Shown: positions 1 to 10,038 of the stretch, one piece after another
Layout of the letters: every line of letters starts with the position of its first letter
Position numbering within the stretch: the stretch's first letter is position 1
IMG/VR virus record: IMGVR_UViG_3300002056_000074
Direction: 5' to 3' (one strand)
Origin: a virus
Length of the DNA stretch: 64,000 bases
Program-made: the position numbers and the translations under genes
Notes under the pieces: model-generated
The model's database searches: none
What the model saw: only the letters and a program-made list of their open reading frames with translations
What the model was told of the DNA's origin: nothing

Positions 1-78
1 AGTGTATTCACAATTATCATACAAATATCGATTATTATGAACTTCATTTGCCCGTGTTATAAACTCTTGAGTGTTCAT
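1..78 (-). CDS. 5' end (window-truncated) of a probable fifth Zn-finger/nuclease family gene
   Basis: ATG at 78 reads MNTQEFITRANEVHNNRYLYDNCEYT, matching family N-terminal repeats such as TTEEWIDKANKRHNNFYDYS; not in the ORF track. Confidence 0.7.
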   Translation of the reverse strand, partial: MNTQEFITRANEVHNNRYLYDNCEYT

Positions 79-107
79 TATGATCCATTTTCAAATTCAA
101 CATACAG

Positions 108-132
108 AAAAGGGTCCAAATGGACCCCTCTC
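108..132 (-). terminator. Intrinsic terminator after tail tube gene
   Basis: GGGTCCA/TGGACCC stem (112-127) followed by TTTT on the minus strand. Confidence 0.7.
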
Positions 133-175
133 TTTATATATTAAATCTATTATAACATAGATTTTATGGTTAATG

Positions 176-799
176 TTAACTATATCCACCCAAGGCAGAA
201 CCAGCACCAGAATACCCGCCTAAGTCTTGACGCCAGTGATCAATACTCAAAGTCACCGTAATTTGAACTGCTTCAGAACTAGAATAATCCATATCACCAT
301 ATTGAACATTCTCAAGGAAGCAACCTTCTAGTGTCATACGCTCAACAACCTCTGGCTCATTACCAGTACTTGTTTGATCAGTTGCTGGACCAAGACCGCG
401 ACCACCATCTAGAAGTTCTAAGCGACATGCAAACTTGTAATGACTACCCTCGGCAGCGGCCCCTAGAAATGGACCGGCTGAACCAGTAAGCCACTGTTGA
501 TACTGGAGCTGCTGCTGAAGAACACGAGATGCTGTACTATTAATATCATCTTCCAATGTAAAATCAACTGGCTCAATCATATGTTTACCAGCAACAAAAG
601 AACGCGAATTAAATCGATGCAATTCAATTTTATCGAAATTCAATGATGGGCGAGTGAACGTCACAAGCTGATGACTCAATGGTAGGGAGTTTACACCACC
701 TGCCATACCAACAAAAAATACGCGCCAGCGGTGCTGATGCTTCGGATGGAGAATTCCGTCTCCTACGCCGGGAATACCAAAATCATTCAATGTAGACAA
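176..799 (-). CDS. Tail tube protein (T4 gp19-like)
   Basis: PKHQHRWRV, RPSLNF..IELHRFNSRSFVAGKH, LEGCF..NVQYGDMDYSSSEAVQITVTLSID; TTG start with AGAGG RBS. Confidence 0.85.
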   Translation of the reverse strand: MSTLNDFGIPGVGDGILHPKHQHRWRVFFVGMAGGVNSLPLSHQLVTFTRPSLNFDKIELHRFNSRSFVAGKHMIEPVDFTLEDDINSTASRVLQQQLQYQQWLTGSAGPFLGAAAEGSHYKFACRLELLDGGRGLGPATDQTSTGNEPEVVERMTLEGCFLENVQYGDMDYSSSEAVQITVTLSIDHWRQDLGGYSGAGSALGGYS

Positions 800-842
800 A
801 ATTCTATCCTCTTAAACTAGACTGCTTAAATGCTTATAAAGA

Positions 843-848
843 TATTTA
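843..848 (-). promoter_or_regulatory. Late promoter box TAAATA for tube gene
   Basis: Same box precedes most structural genes; gp55 sigma is encoded in the window. Confidence 0.65.
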
Positions 849-876
849 TTAAATTGGTCTATTCTTGAAAGGTTTT

Positions 877-2340
877 TTACACTTTATCTCCGTAAATATA
901 TCTATTTTTCCCACAATCCCATAACCTATAAATCCCAAAATCTAAACAATTTTGGTATTCAGTCTTATCACTATCAAATGATTCCTGCATTATATTTTGT
1001 AACTGGCGTCTTCTAAAATTGAATTTATGATGCACTTTTCCCTTATAAAAATAACTATAATCTTCAGGCAATACGCGATCTAATTTCCAACCAGTTTGTT
1101 CATATAAATTACCATCACTCCATCGCAAATCAGCAAATGAAATCAACCGATCATACGTATAATTATGCTGTACATATTTTAACAATTTACTCAAACCACC
1201 AACTACCCGATGGCTCGTCGCATATCGATTAACAATAAAATCATTATCCTTTTTCTTTAATCCGACACATGCAACTAACTCATTGTCGTATTGTAGTCCA
1301 ATATTGATTGATGAATGTCCATCACCTTGAATATGATTATTATTGAAAAATATAGATTTTTCACCCCTATCAACTATAGTAATAGTTGTTTTGCGAGCAA
1401 ATACAGTATGTCGATTATCTACACCCACAACTGATCGCAATTTATTTTTAACCAACTCTTTAGAATCAACCCATTCATTAGAAAATATAGTAATTAGTCT
1501 AATTCCCCTATTATTACAATCTTCTAATTTATTTTTGTGATATTTCCGATCTCTTAAAAATTTTTCAGTATGCCAATACACTCCACAATACTCTATTGCC
1601 AGATTTAATTTAGGTAAATAAATATCAATTTGTTTTGGGGATATTATATCAAAACTCTGAGAAATGACTTTACCATCATATATACTTTTTATAAATTCCA
1701 AAACTTCATTCTCTTCATTAGAAAATGATTTTGAACATTTTGGGCAATTATGCTTATTTCTCAATAAATCATTAACTGCTGGATTAAAATACTCCCCACA
1801 TTTTTTACATCCAGTAGATGGCTTATCGAATGATCCTATAAACTCACTAGTCCATTTATCAAACATGAAAGTATTGGGTCTGTTCGTCTCAATATTTCTT
1901 ATAGTATCAATAGTAGATCTTCTAGACTTTGATACCACATTTTTTCTATTACAACTACAACCATGTCCCTTTTTATGATTTGATAGTAATTGAGTAAACC
2001 ATGTATTGCAGGCGTTGCATTTTATATCTACTTTACTGCCATCAGACACATCGTTGGATATCCTAGAATAATCATATCGAAATTTTCCATGTTTTTTAAC
2101 CGCAATATCGATGTGTTGTTTTCGCGTCTTCTTCTTTTTTTGAGTTCGATTATTTTCGGCGCAAGTAGGACAACCTCTACCTGATTTATGTGAATTTAAT
2201 TGTTGAGTAAAATTTCCATGTTCAGGACAAATATTTTTAACAAGATCTTTAGTTGTTAATTCCCTTGGCCATAAAGAATAATCATAAAAATTATTATGTT
2301 TTTTATGACAGTCTATCTTATGTTGTTCTGGAGTTTTCAT
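877..2340 (-). CDS. Free-standing homing-endonuclease-like protein: 3 Zn modules + PD-(D/E)xK nuclease + GNAT/Mom-like domain
   Basis: CPEHG..H..GCPTC repeats; IDIYLP..NLAIEYCGVYWH; NHIQGDG..NRYA..VVGGLSKLL..ISFADLRWSDGNLY..GW..WDCG. Confidence 0.8.
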   Translation of the reverse strand: MKTPEQHKIDCHKKHNNFYDYSLWPRELTTKDLVKNICPEHGNFTQQLNSHKSGRGCPTCAENNRTQKKKKTRKQHIDIAVKKHGKFRYDYSRISNDVSDGSKVDIKCNACNTWFTQLLSNHKKGHGCSCNRKNVVSKSRRSTIDTIRNIETNRPNTFMFDKWTSEFIGSFDKPSTGCKKCGEYFNPAVNDLLRNKHNCPKCSKSFSNEENEVLEFIKSIYDGKVISQSFDIISPKQIDIYLPKLNLAIEYCGVYWHTEKFLRDRKYHKNKLEDCNNRGIRLITIFSNEWVDSKELVKNKLRSVVGVDNRHTVFARKTTITIVDRGEKSIFFNNNHIQGDGHSSINIGLQYDNELVACVGLKKKDNDFIVNRYATSHRVVGGLSKLLKYVQHNYTYDRLISFADLRWSDGNLYEQTGWKLDRVLPEDYSYFYKGKVHHKFNFRRRQLQNIMQESFDSDKTEYQNCLDFGIYRLWDCGKNRYIYGDKV

Positions 2341-2361
2341 GCCCCTCGATTATAACACAAA

Positions 2362-2955
2362 TCAATCAGATTCTGGATTAACAACCTTTGGATCTTTTCC
2401 CTCAGCTGCAGTAGCCTCAGCCAATGCCTTTAATAAACTACTATGATTTACGATAATGTTGTTATTAGTAGTATTGTTATTTTTTTCCCGTGAAGCCTTT
2501 TTATCAGCCATCACAATTTTGTCCTTATTTGCTTTTTGATTACTACTATCCTTGGCACTATCCAATGCAATTCGTAAATATTGTGCAGCAACTTCTAAAT
2601 TTCTCGCCCTAAACCGACCCTCTACTAAGGCTGCCTCCTGCATTTGTGTTGAAAATGCCTGTAATCCCATATTGTAGATTTCTTGGAATTTTTCAGCATT
2701 TTTAGAGTCAATACTATCGTATATGGATTCGATATTAGGGGCGCGTTCCAAAACTCCAGACATAGTTTTCTCATTGATATATTCTTCATCACTCTCTTCC
2801 AAAACTTCAATTTCTTCATCTCGTATCAATACTCTACTATCACTATCATTATGTTGATCACCTTCCGCCACGATAAATGGATTGGCGGAAGGTGTAGATC
2901 CACGTTCAATATCTAACATATCTTCTAGTGGATGATTTTTAATTTGTTTTGTCAT
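2362..2955 (-). CDS. Probable terminase small subunit (gp16-like)
   Basis: Helical core plus C-terminal TTNNNIIVNHSSLLKAL resembling gp16 ends; TATAAATA at 2961-2968; morphogenesis context. Confidence 0.5.
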   Translation of the reverse strand: MTKQIKNHPLEDMLDIERGSTPSANPFIVAEGDQHNDSDSRVLIRDEEIEVLEESDEEYINEKTMSGVLERAPNIESIYDSIDSKNAEKFQEIYNMGLQAFSTQMQEAALVEGRFRARNLEVAAQYLRIALDSAKDSSNQKANKDKIVMADKKASREKNNNTTNNNIIVNHSSLLKALAEATAAEGKDPKVVNPESD

Positions 2956-2978
2956 ATATTTATTTATAACGAAACAAA

Positions 2979-3455
2979 TTATATAAAAATATCTTTTTCT
3001 GTAAGTAACCTAAATTCGATGCCTTTCTTATTACAAAACTCTTGAGCAGCGTGCCATTTATCCATATTTGTTTCATAAGTTGAATGCTCATAAAGAAAGG
3101 TAGATTCCTTTTTTCTCTTGGTTCTTTTAGGTTTTTTAGTTTGGTTGAAGGGTTTTACTTCCCATAACGATTCCCTAATTTTCCCTCTCACATCAACATA
3201 CTTAACATAGAAGTCAATATAGTATTTGTGCATCCTTCCAGTAGCCCGCTTAAAGTAAGGTATTGCTACAATTTCTGATCCCCAACGTAAAATCTTGGGA
3301 TTGGTGTCTAGAAATTTACAAACATCCAATTCCCAACTAGACATAAACCAAATTTCATTTATATTACCGATATATTTTTGAGGATTTTTTGGTTTGTATA
3401 ACCCTCTTGAAAATTTGGTAGTGTTTTTACCTGTGCGAGAACTATTTAAAGTCAT
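2979..3455 (-). CDS. Head completion nuclease (T4 gp4/TnsA-like)
   Basis: GLYKPKNPQKYIG, SSWE, WGSE..IPY, YYIDF, EVKP, KWHAA..C..F.LLTE. Confidence 0.9.
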   Translation of the reverse strand: MTLNSSRTGKNTTKFSRGLYKPKNPQKYIGNINEIWFMSSWELDVCKFLDTNPKILRWGSEIVAIPYFKRATGRMHKYYIDFYVKYVDVRGKIRESLWEVKPFNQTKKPKRTKRKKESTFLYEHSTYETNMDKWHAAQEFCNKKGIEFRLLTEKDIFI

Positions 3456-4897
3456 TCAGAAGATACAGGAGAAGGTTGGTTTATTCCCGGAAATGTCGTT
3501 GATGTTGTATCTCCAGCGGTCAATGCAGATTTTACTACCTCAGCTTTAGATACTGGTTTTTTACCATCAGGATCAATAAATCCAGATGATGTATATAATA
3601 TTGGATATTCAGCACCAACACCCTCACCCGAAAGCTCCAATAATCTATCAACTCCAAATTTAGCGATGGGTATCTCAGGATTAATATAAAAATAATCATA
3701 CTCAAAATCAAACGAGAACTCTTGGCCTGCACCGCTCTCTTCCATCGTTGCTTCAGACAACTCAAAATTAGTGATCTTAGGATTTATCATATTATATGCA
3801 GTAATTGTGTTTGAGTTTTTACCAAATTGGTATATGGATATCTCTCTAACAATTGTCTTCCTATTTGCCAATAGCGTTCCGATTGATGATGATCTTAATG
3901 GGAAGATATCAGTCCTACTTGCTATTAAAGCTTCTGTATCTGGACGAGGAAATTCCATTCCAAAATTTTCAAGATCATTGACCGCAGCAGCATTATCACC
4001 AGAAATATTTGTTATTGGACTCATTGCCCTGACATACATTGCATAGAATGTTGCTGCATTATTTTGTTGATCATCTATAAATCGCATGTTAATAGGATTA
4101 AATGTTGCCATGCGAATTGCTTTGGTTCGATAATTATAATAATTGGCATCTTCATAATCATAAGCTATTCCGGGACGATTTGTTGATTTAACCATGAACG
4201 CCAATTCTGTTGCCACATTATTTTTCAATTTTATTTCTTTTGTTGTCCCAGATACATTACTCGCAACTTCATCTCTAGTGGCACGATCAGTTAAATTTAT
4301 ACCAATCGAACTTGCATATTCAGCGTGTAATTTAATATCCACAATAAATTGAAAATTTTGTTTTGGTGCACGATCAATCAAATCTACTGCATAGGGAGAC
4401 GGGTTACATTGAAATTTTTCAAGTTCTCTCTCTGCAGAATTGCCTTCCACTGGATCACGAAATATTTTAGAGGCTATACTTTCTAAATTTTGAAAATCCT
4501 GTATCCTATTTGGTATATCAGCAAAAGTAAATCGGCCATTCTGTACATCACTAGCCAATACTTTTGCTGCGCCTACTGCACCATTAACTGCACCGGGATC
4601 AAATTGAGCAACAGAGTTTTGTACCTCTTGGTTTAATCCCATACTACTAAGTATATCATTGGCGGTATTACCTATAACAGTACCTCCTATACCAGAACTA
4701 CCGCCCGTGCGTAATGCATTAGATGAATCCGCTAGTGTTTGGAGCGTCTCTCTAATCTTTCCACCACCTCTACCGAAATCATTGAGAACTTCCAATTTTC
4801 CTACCGCACCAGCAGTGCCTAAGAGAGTACGTTTTCTGGTCTGAAGGGCGTTATTTCTTGCTGTTTCAGCGGGGCAATTGCATCTATAATCTGTCAT
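3452..4897 (-). CDS. Tube-fold baseplate/tail protein (gp19/gp48/gp54-like)
   Basis: APKQNFQF, VKSTNRPGI, NYYNYR, FNPINMRFIDD, INPKITNF, F.F.FEYDY; TAAATA at 4904-4909. Confidence 0.6.
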   Translation of the reverse strand: MTDYRCNCPAETARNNALQTRKRTLLGTAGAVGKLEVLNDFGRGGGKIRETLQTLADSSNALRTGGSSGIGGTVIGNTANDILSSMGLNQEVQNSVAQFDPGAVNGAVGAAKVLASDVQNGRFTFADIPNRIQDFQNLESIASKIFRDPVEGNSAERELEKFQCNPSPYAVDLIDRAPKQNFQFIVDIKLHAEYASSIGINLTDRATRDEVASNVSGTTKEIKLKNNVATELAFMVKSTNRPGIAYDYEDANYYNYRTKAIRMATFNPINMRFIDDQQNNAATFYAMYVRAMSPITNISGDNAAAVNDLENFGMEFPRPDTEALIASRTDIFPLRSSSIGTLLANRKTIVREISIYQFGKNSNTITAYNMINPKITNFELSEATMEESGAGQEFSFDFEYDYFYINPEIPIAKFGVDRLLELSGEGVGAEYPILYTSSGFIDPDGKKPVSKAEVVKSALTAGDTTSTTFPGINQPSPVSSE

Positions 4898-4911
4898 AGT
4901 AATTATTTATG

Positions 4912-6360
4912 TCAATTGTTATTAATTACGAAACGCAGTTTTCCACAATCCCAAATTCGATAGATGTTATTCCGTGAACAATTTTCTTGCTCAGATTCAT
5001 CTGGATTAAATGCTTCACCTAACATTACTGCAAGTGCCTTGCGCCTAAAATTAAATTTATGTTTTCGCTCACCACCATAGAAATAAAAATAATCTGGCCT
5101 AAGTTCACTTTCCAAATCCCAACCTGTTTTTTTATATAAATTACCATCACTCCATCGCAAATCAGCAAATGAAATAATTTGGTTCCACTCATGATTTCGC
5201 TGGAAATGTTTAAGTAAGCGACTACTTCCACCGGGAATTTGCTTAGAAGTTGCATATCGATTTAAATAATAATCATTATTCTTAATATGCTTAAATGTCA
5301 TACAGGCAATCAATTCATCTTCATAATATAGCCCATAAGAAAATTTTCCCTGACCATCACCCTGAATATGATTTTTATTTAAAAATGTCTTTCGGATTTT
5401 ATTATTAATTGGCTTAATTTTACATAATCTGGCATATATTTTATCCCTATCGTCAATTTTAAGAAGTGATTTGAGTTTTGATTTAACTTGGATGTTTCTA
5501 TCATCCCATTCATCTTCGAAAATAGTGATTAATTGAACACCTTGCTTCTTACACATCTCATACTTATTTTTATGATAATGCCTGTCCTTACCATACTGTT
5601 CGGTGTGCCAGTAATTACCACAAAATTCAATTGCCAAATTATGGTCTGGAATATAAACATCCAACTCGTATGGAGATATTAATAATCTATCAGATTCGAT
5701 TATACTAACATCGAAGGATTTAATAAAATTAACTAAATCCTTCTCTTTTTTTGATTTTTTATTCATACACTTAATACACCCAACACCAGATAAATGGGAA
5801 GATGCCCGCAATTTAAATATACCGTGGTTTGGGCAGGTAACACTAACAAATTCTCTTGAATTGATATATTCCGTTAAAGTATAATCATAAAAGTTATTAT
5901 GTTTAATGTTTGATGCCTTAACGAATGCCTGTGTGTTACTTTTTGGTATTCCTCTACCCAATTTAGTTCTTGCTATAATAGAACATTTATTACAACCATG
6001 ACCATCTCTGTGATCTCTGGGTATTTGTGTGAATCTCCCATGCTGTTTACATTTTATAATAACTGGTGTAATGGCATTCTTATACACTACTTCACTATAA
6101 TCATATACATCATTATGTACTTTTTTGGCCAATTCTATCCACTCTTCAGTAGTTAATTTTTTAACACCTGCACAGGCAGGACAAGTGGCTGTTAAATTTA
6201 TATGATTTTTTGCTAGTTGCCAAAAAGATCCATGTACTGGGCAAATAATCTCAATTTTTTCAGTTGATTTGGTATAAACCGATTTAGAGTAATCATAAAA
6301 GTTATTATGCCTTTTATTTGCCTTATCTATCCACTCCTCAGTAGTTAATTTCTTTGTCAT
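4912..6360 (-). CDS. Homing-endonuclease-like protein: 3 Zn modules + PD-(D/E)xK + GNAT/Mom-like domain
   Basis: CPVHG/CKQHG/CPNHG modules; ELDVYIP..LAIEFCGNYWH; NHIQGDG; ISFADLRWSDGNLY; RIWDCG. Confidence 0.8.
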   Translation of the reverse strand: MTKKLTTEEWIDKANKRHNNFYDYSKSVYTKSTEKIEIICPVHGSFWQLAKNHINLTATCPACAGVKKLTTEEWIELAKKVHNDVYDYSEVVYKNAITPVIIKCKQHGRFTQIPRDHRDGHGCNKCSIIARTKLGRGIPKSNTQAFVKASNIKHNNFYDYTLTEYINSREFVSVTCPNHGIFKLRASSHLSGVGCIKCMNKKSKKEKDLVNFIKSFDVSIIESDRLLISPYELDVYIPDHNLAIEFCGNYWHTEQYGKDRHYHKNKYEMCKKQGVQLITIFEDEWDDRNIQVKSKLKSLLKIDDRDKIYARLCKIKPINNKIRKTFLNKNHIQGDGQGKFSYGLYYEDELIACMTFKHIKNNDYYLNRYATSKQIPGGSSRLLKHFQRNHEWNQIISFADLRWSDGNLYKKTGWDLESELRPDYFYFYGGERKHKFNFRRKALAVMLGEAFNPDESEQENCSRNNIYRIWDCGKLRFVINNN

Positions 6361-6363
6361 TTA

Positions 6364-6430
6364 ATGAACTTCTCTTTTGAATATACCTATTCTAGCACCT
6401 ATTTAGACTATCTTCAAAAGAAAAGTTCAT
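6364..6430 (-). promoter_or_regulatory. 22-bp inverted repeat covering the RBS, with TAAATA late box (6400-6405) in the loop
   Basis: ATGAACTTCTCTTTTGAATATA (6364-6385) versus reverse complement of 6409-6430, 20/22 match. Confidence 0.65.
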
Positions 6431-6435
6431 AGAAA

Positions 6436-6472
6436 TTAAAAAGTCCCCTATTATAAAAATAATAGGGGACTT
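6436..6472 (-). terminator. Intrinsic terminator after sheath gene
   Basis: AAGTCCCCTATTAT/ATAATAGGGGACTT 14-bp stem with U-run on the minus strand. Confidence 0.8.
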
Positions 6473-6505
6473 CTCTCAAATACTACTTACGGCAATGACT
6501 TATAC

Positions 6506-8869
6506 TTAGAATGAAGCGTCTTGAGTCGTGATTCTGATTGGAATTGTGATAAATTCAACAGCCTTAGTAGGCTTAACCATAATATCAATAATTAATTCAG
6601 AACGCTCCACTACAATCGCTGGATTGTTGGAAGAATCACACACGGTTAAGAAGTCAGTAATGCCACGATTAGTCATAATATTAGATAAGAAATTATCAGC
6701 TAATGATTTAACATTATCACGGGTTCTCTGATCATTAGGCTCGAACAAGAATCCAACCATAGTTAATCGCAATTGACGCCTAATATGCATTACCAATCGA
6801 ACAACATTGATACGATTTAATGCAGTTGCCTCTGGTGATGAAGTCTTCTGACCCATAAGAGTAATTCCTCTACCGGGAGCAAATACGATTGGATTAATTC
6901 GTCCACTTGCATTGTCTTGATATAGCGCATCACGCTGTCCCTGATTTAGTGCAACTGGTGTGAATGAAGTCGCACCACCCAAAACTCCAGTTGCATAGCC
7001 AACATCAGTTACTCCAGTAACGAGACCACGAGTAGTTCCTGCTGGGGCAATCCAAAGAAAAGAGATGTCATCACTGAATGCAAATTGGCGAATGGCAACA
7101 CCTGAAGGAGCTGCTAACACATTAACACCATCCAAATTACTTGTTAGACACCAAGGGTAGTAATAGGCAACATTTTGATTGTTTTGTCGCTCAGAAGAAA
7201 TTGCCCAACCATTAGTTGGATTAGTGATTCCAGCAGGAGGTAGATTGGGCGGTGTATCACCAATTACAAATACCTCATTCTCCTGAGCATCTGATAATGC
7301 GAGTAGTTCATCAACAATTTCGGGATAACCGGGTGCTGCTACAACATTAAATTGAAAATTTTCAGCACGAACTCCCTCATTACTAACAATCTGTTCCTGT
7401 AATGCAGAAACAATACTTACTCGGCGGGCTGCATCATTTGCACCCAAAGATGTACGGATTAGGAAGATTTGGGTAAATTTAAACGTAGACGCAGTATCTA
7501 CAAATAATGCACCAGCATCTTCTGGGGTCCATGCAAAATCATCAATGATAGTTCCACTTGTAGCTGATGTTCCCAAATCAACATTTCCATCGAATCCCAA
7601 AAATTCCTCAGTTGATGCGGGCTGATCAAAACCATCAGGAAATACCGGAAGACCTTCACCTACGGGGCGGGCAGTGAAGAAGTCATCACCCGAATTTCTA
7701 AAAGAGTACGTTCCTAGTTCATCATCAAAAATAAATTGGGTTGCATCACGCATCAAATCTTTAAGTTCTTGTGCGTTGACAGTCTCTTTAAGCTCCTGAA
7801 GATTAGTAGTAGCTACTGTGACATCAAATGCTGTGCCAACGCCTGTAGATGACGCCTGAGCTACAATTTGACCATCAGAAACAAAGGTTCCAGTAGTCAA
7901 TAGGACAAATTCCGTTACAGCGCCTGTGCCATCTACTGCCAATACACGAACAGTAGCAGCGTTCATTAATGTAATAACCTCACCCTCTACGTATCCGGTT
8001 CCGGGAGTAAACGTGAAATCGCTAGTTGATTGAAGAAATGCCGGGACAACATTAGCAATACCCAAAGTTACTGAAGCTCCTATCCGTGCAGAAGTTACAT
8101 CATTCGATCCACTATCAACAACAGATACTTGATTTAATGTAGTTCCAATAACTGGTGCAGTTGCAGCAGTGGTAACTTCAAATTCAGTTATATCACCATC
8201 AACAACGGTATTAACAGTAATTACCATACCAGCATCTAGTGTGATCACATCTCCCACTTCATAATCACCAGTCAAGAGTGTTGCATTCCCACCAACAAAT
8301 GAACCATTGGGTGCGGTTCCATCAAATGCTACCTGTGTTTGGCCTGCGCCTGCAACTACTCCAGAAAATTTATTAGTTAGAACGGAAAATCCGGGTTGAG
8401 TGAGACCTGCAGCAGAGTTGATACCGTTTAAGTAATTTTGAACAATATTTGGTACGATAAGTGCTCCATCTTCAGTTCGTTCGTCCCACAAATTTTGAAT
8501 CGCATCAACACTATCATCCAAGTTGACATTCGCACGAACGACGAATGCACTACTACCAATTCCTAAATATTGATTGAGTGCCAATAGTCCATATTCATTT
8601 CTAGCATCACCGTGATGCTGATTGCCCAATCCATCATTTAAGAATCGTGGTTCACCATAAAAATTAATAGAATCTCGCAATGATGTTATGTTGCGAATAA
8701 CTGAATGCTCAAATGTATAATCTGCTGGTTGGCCATCATTTCTAAGTTTCTCATCTTTAGTAGCAATGAAAAAAAGTGGGACCAAAGATGCTGTACCTGC
8801 AGCAAATAATGAGTCATCAATAAGTTGTGTTTGTATTCCGGGCGATACTAAAGACATGTTATTCTCCAA
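6506..8869 (-). CDS. Tail sheath protein (gp18-like) with inserted decoration domains
   Basis: LVSPGI, NEYGLLAL..YLG, APGYPE, YYPW, W.APAG..RG, QRDALY..RINPI, GQKT, RINVVRL, FEPND..TR, VKPTKAVEFI.IP; probable start 8857; TAAATA at 8889-8894. Confidence 0.95.
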   Translation of the reverse strand: MENNMSLVSPGIQTQLIDDSLFAAGTASLVPLFFIATKDEKLRNDGQPADYTFEHSVIRNITSLRDSINFYGEPRFLNDGLGNQHHGDARNEYGLLALNQYLGIGSSAFVVRANVNLDDSVDAIQNLWDERTEDGALIVPNIVQNYLNGINSAAGLTQPGFSVLTNKFSGVVAGAGQTQVAFDGTAPNGSFVGGNATLLTGDYEVGDVITLDAGMVITVNTVVDGDITEFEVTTAATAPVIGTTLNQVSVVDSGSNDVTSARIGASVTLGIANVVPAFLQSTSDFTFTPGTGYVEGEVITLMNAATVRVLAVDGTGAVTEFVLLTTGTFVSDGQIVAQASSTGVGTAFDVTVATTNLQELKETVNAQELKDLMRDATQFIFDDELGTYSFRNSGDDFFTARPVGEGLPVFPDGFDQPASTEEFLGFDGNVDLGTSATSGTIIDDFAWTPEDAGALFVDTASTFKFTQIFLIRTSLGANDAARRVSIVSALQEQIVSNEGVRAENFQFNVVAAPGYPEIVDELLALSDAQENEVFVIGDTPPNLPPAGITNPTNGWAISSERQNNQNVAYYYPWCLTSNLDGVNVLAAPSGVAIRQFAFSDDISFLWIAPAGTTRGLVTGVTDVGYATGVLGGATSFTPVALNQGQRDALYQDNASGRINPIVFAPGRGITLMGQKTSSPEATALNRINVVRLVMHIRRQLRLTMVGFLFEPNDQRTRDNVKSLADNFLSNIMTNRGITDFLTVCDSSNNPAIVVERSELIIDIMVKPTKAVEFITIPIRITTQDASF

Positions 8870-8945
8870 ATAAATAATGTTATGAAACTATTTATCTACA
8901 TGGATAAAATAAGTATCTTTTTAATAGCGGACAACCACAAAAAAG

Positions 8946-9311
8946 ATGTTAACACCAATAACTAAGTTAAAATTAGAATTAAAATCTATAAAAGTAATTA
9001 TCTCTGATGGAGCTAAAATCAATCCACGATTTAAATATATACTTTTCAAACATCCTGAATATCTACAAAAAATAGTAGAAGCCACCTGTTTTCTGAAATA
9101 TGATGCTCCAATAAAAACTCGAATACAATGTATTATTAAAAATATCGATTATCAACCACTATGTAAATTATGTAATAGTCCATGTAAGATGATTACAAGT
9201 GGTAGCAAAAATAATAACCAATTTTCGAGTTATTGTAGTAGACGCTGTAGTGGGTTGGATTTATTGCCTACTAATATTAAGAAATCTGTAGATCCAAATT
9301 TGACAACTTAG
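8946..9311 (+). CDS. Small Zn-binding protein (stand-alone nuclease-associated-type DNA-binding domain)
   Basis: RIQCI....QPLCKLC...FSSYCSRRCS; similar to 22418..22753. Confidence 0.55.
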   Translation: MLTPITKLKLELKSIKVIISDGAKINPRFKYILFKHPEYLQKIVEATCFLKYDAPIKTRIQCIIKNIDYQPLCKLCNSPCKMITSGSKNNNQFSSYCSRRCSGLDLLPTNIKKSVDPNLTT

Positions 9312-10038
9312 CAATAGTGTCATATTCAACACCTTGTTGATCCAATTCCGATATTCCAGCTATGGGATCTAAATTAGTGACTGCACCAACACGCAATCGG
9401 ATCTCTGCGATATAATTATTTAATATTTGAGCTGGGGCTGAAATATATATTGGAGCCTTAAAATTTAAAGTGGTTTGAATGATTTTTCGATCAACGCCGG
9501 GTATATTATCATCACCAGAAATTCCAGTAAGCTCAATTTCTTTCATTCTCGTCCAATCAAATGGATCATCTGATGTTTGAATAGATAGTGTAGGATCGAA
9601 TATCATTAAAATTTGTTCCATTATTTCCCAATGTTGTTCTTGACTTGAACTAAAGATGTTTAAATCAAAAAACATCCAATAGGGTACTGGCATTACCTGT
9701 TGAACGGATCTTATATCATCTGGGAAAGTACCTCCTGATGGCATATATGATGTACTACGCTCAGTTAATGTACCCTTTCTCAAATCCGGAGCGAGTTCTA
9801 TTGCTTGAACATGTCCAGCAATCATTGGAAGTCTAATGACTTTATTTTGAGTGTTGTCAGCTTTAATTGCTGCAACCACCCGGCTTGAGCTTCCCGACTT
9901 CACCATTACATCAATGAACCGATTATCTAATTCATTAGTTTTTCCTGATGTTACCTTAATACTAGTAAATATCGCCAAGAATTGAACCAACAATCGCTTA
10001 AATTGGGCATCGTAATAATATTCTAAATCCTTTTTCAT
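9277..10038 (-). CDS. Tail sheath stabiliser/terminator (gp15-like)
   Basis: YYYDAQFKRLLVQF, MPVPY, EQILMIFDPTLSIQTSD..DWT. Confidence 0.8.
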   Translation of the reverse strand: MKKDLEYYYDAQFKRLLVQFLAIFTSIKVTSGKTNELDNRFIDVMVKSGSSSRVVAAIKADNTQNKVIRLPMIAGHVQAIELAPDLRKGTLTERSTSYMPSGGTFPDDIRSVQQVMPVPYWMFFDLNIFSSSQEQHWEIMEQILMIFDPTLSIQTSDDPFDWTRMKEIELTGISGDDNIPGVDRKIIQTTLNFKAPIYISAPAQILNNYIAEIRLRVGAVTNLDPIAGISELDQQGVEYDTIAKLSNLDLQIS

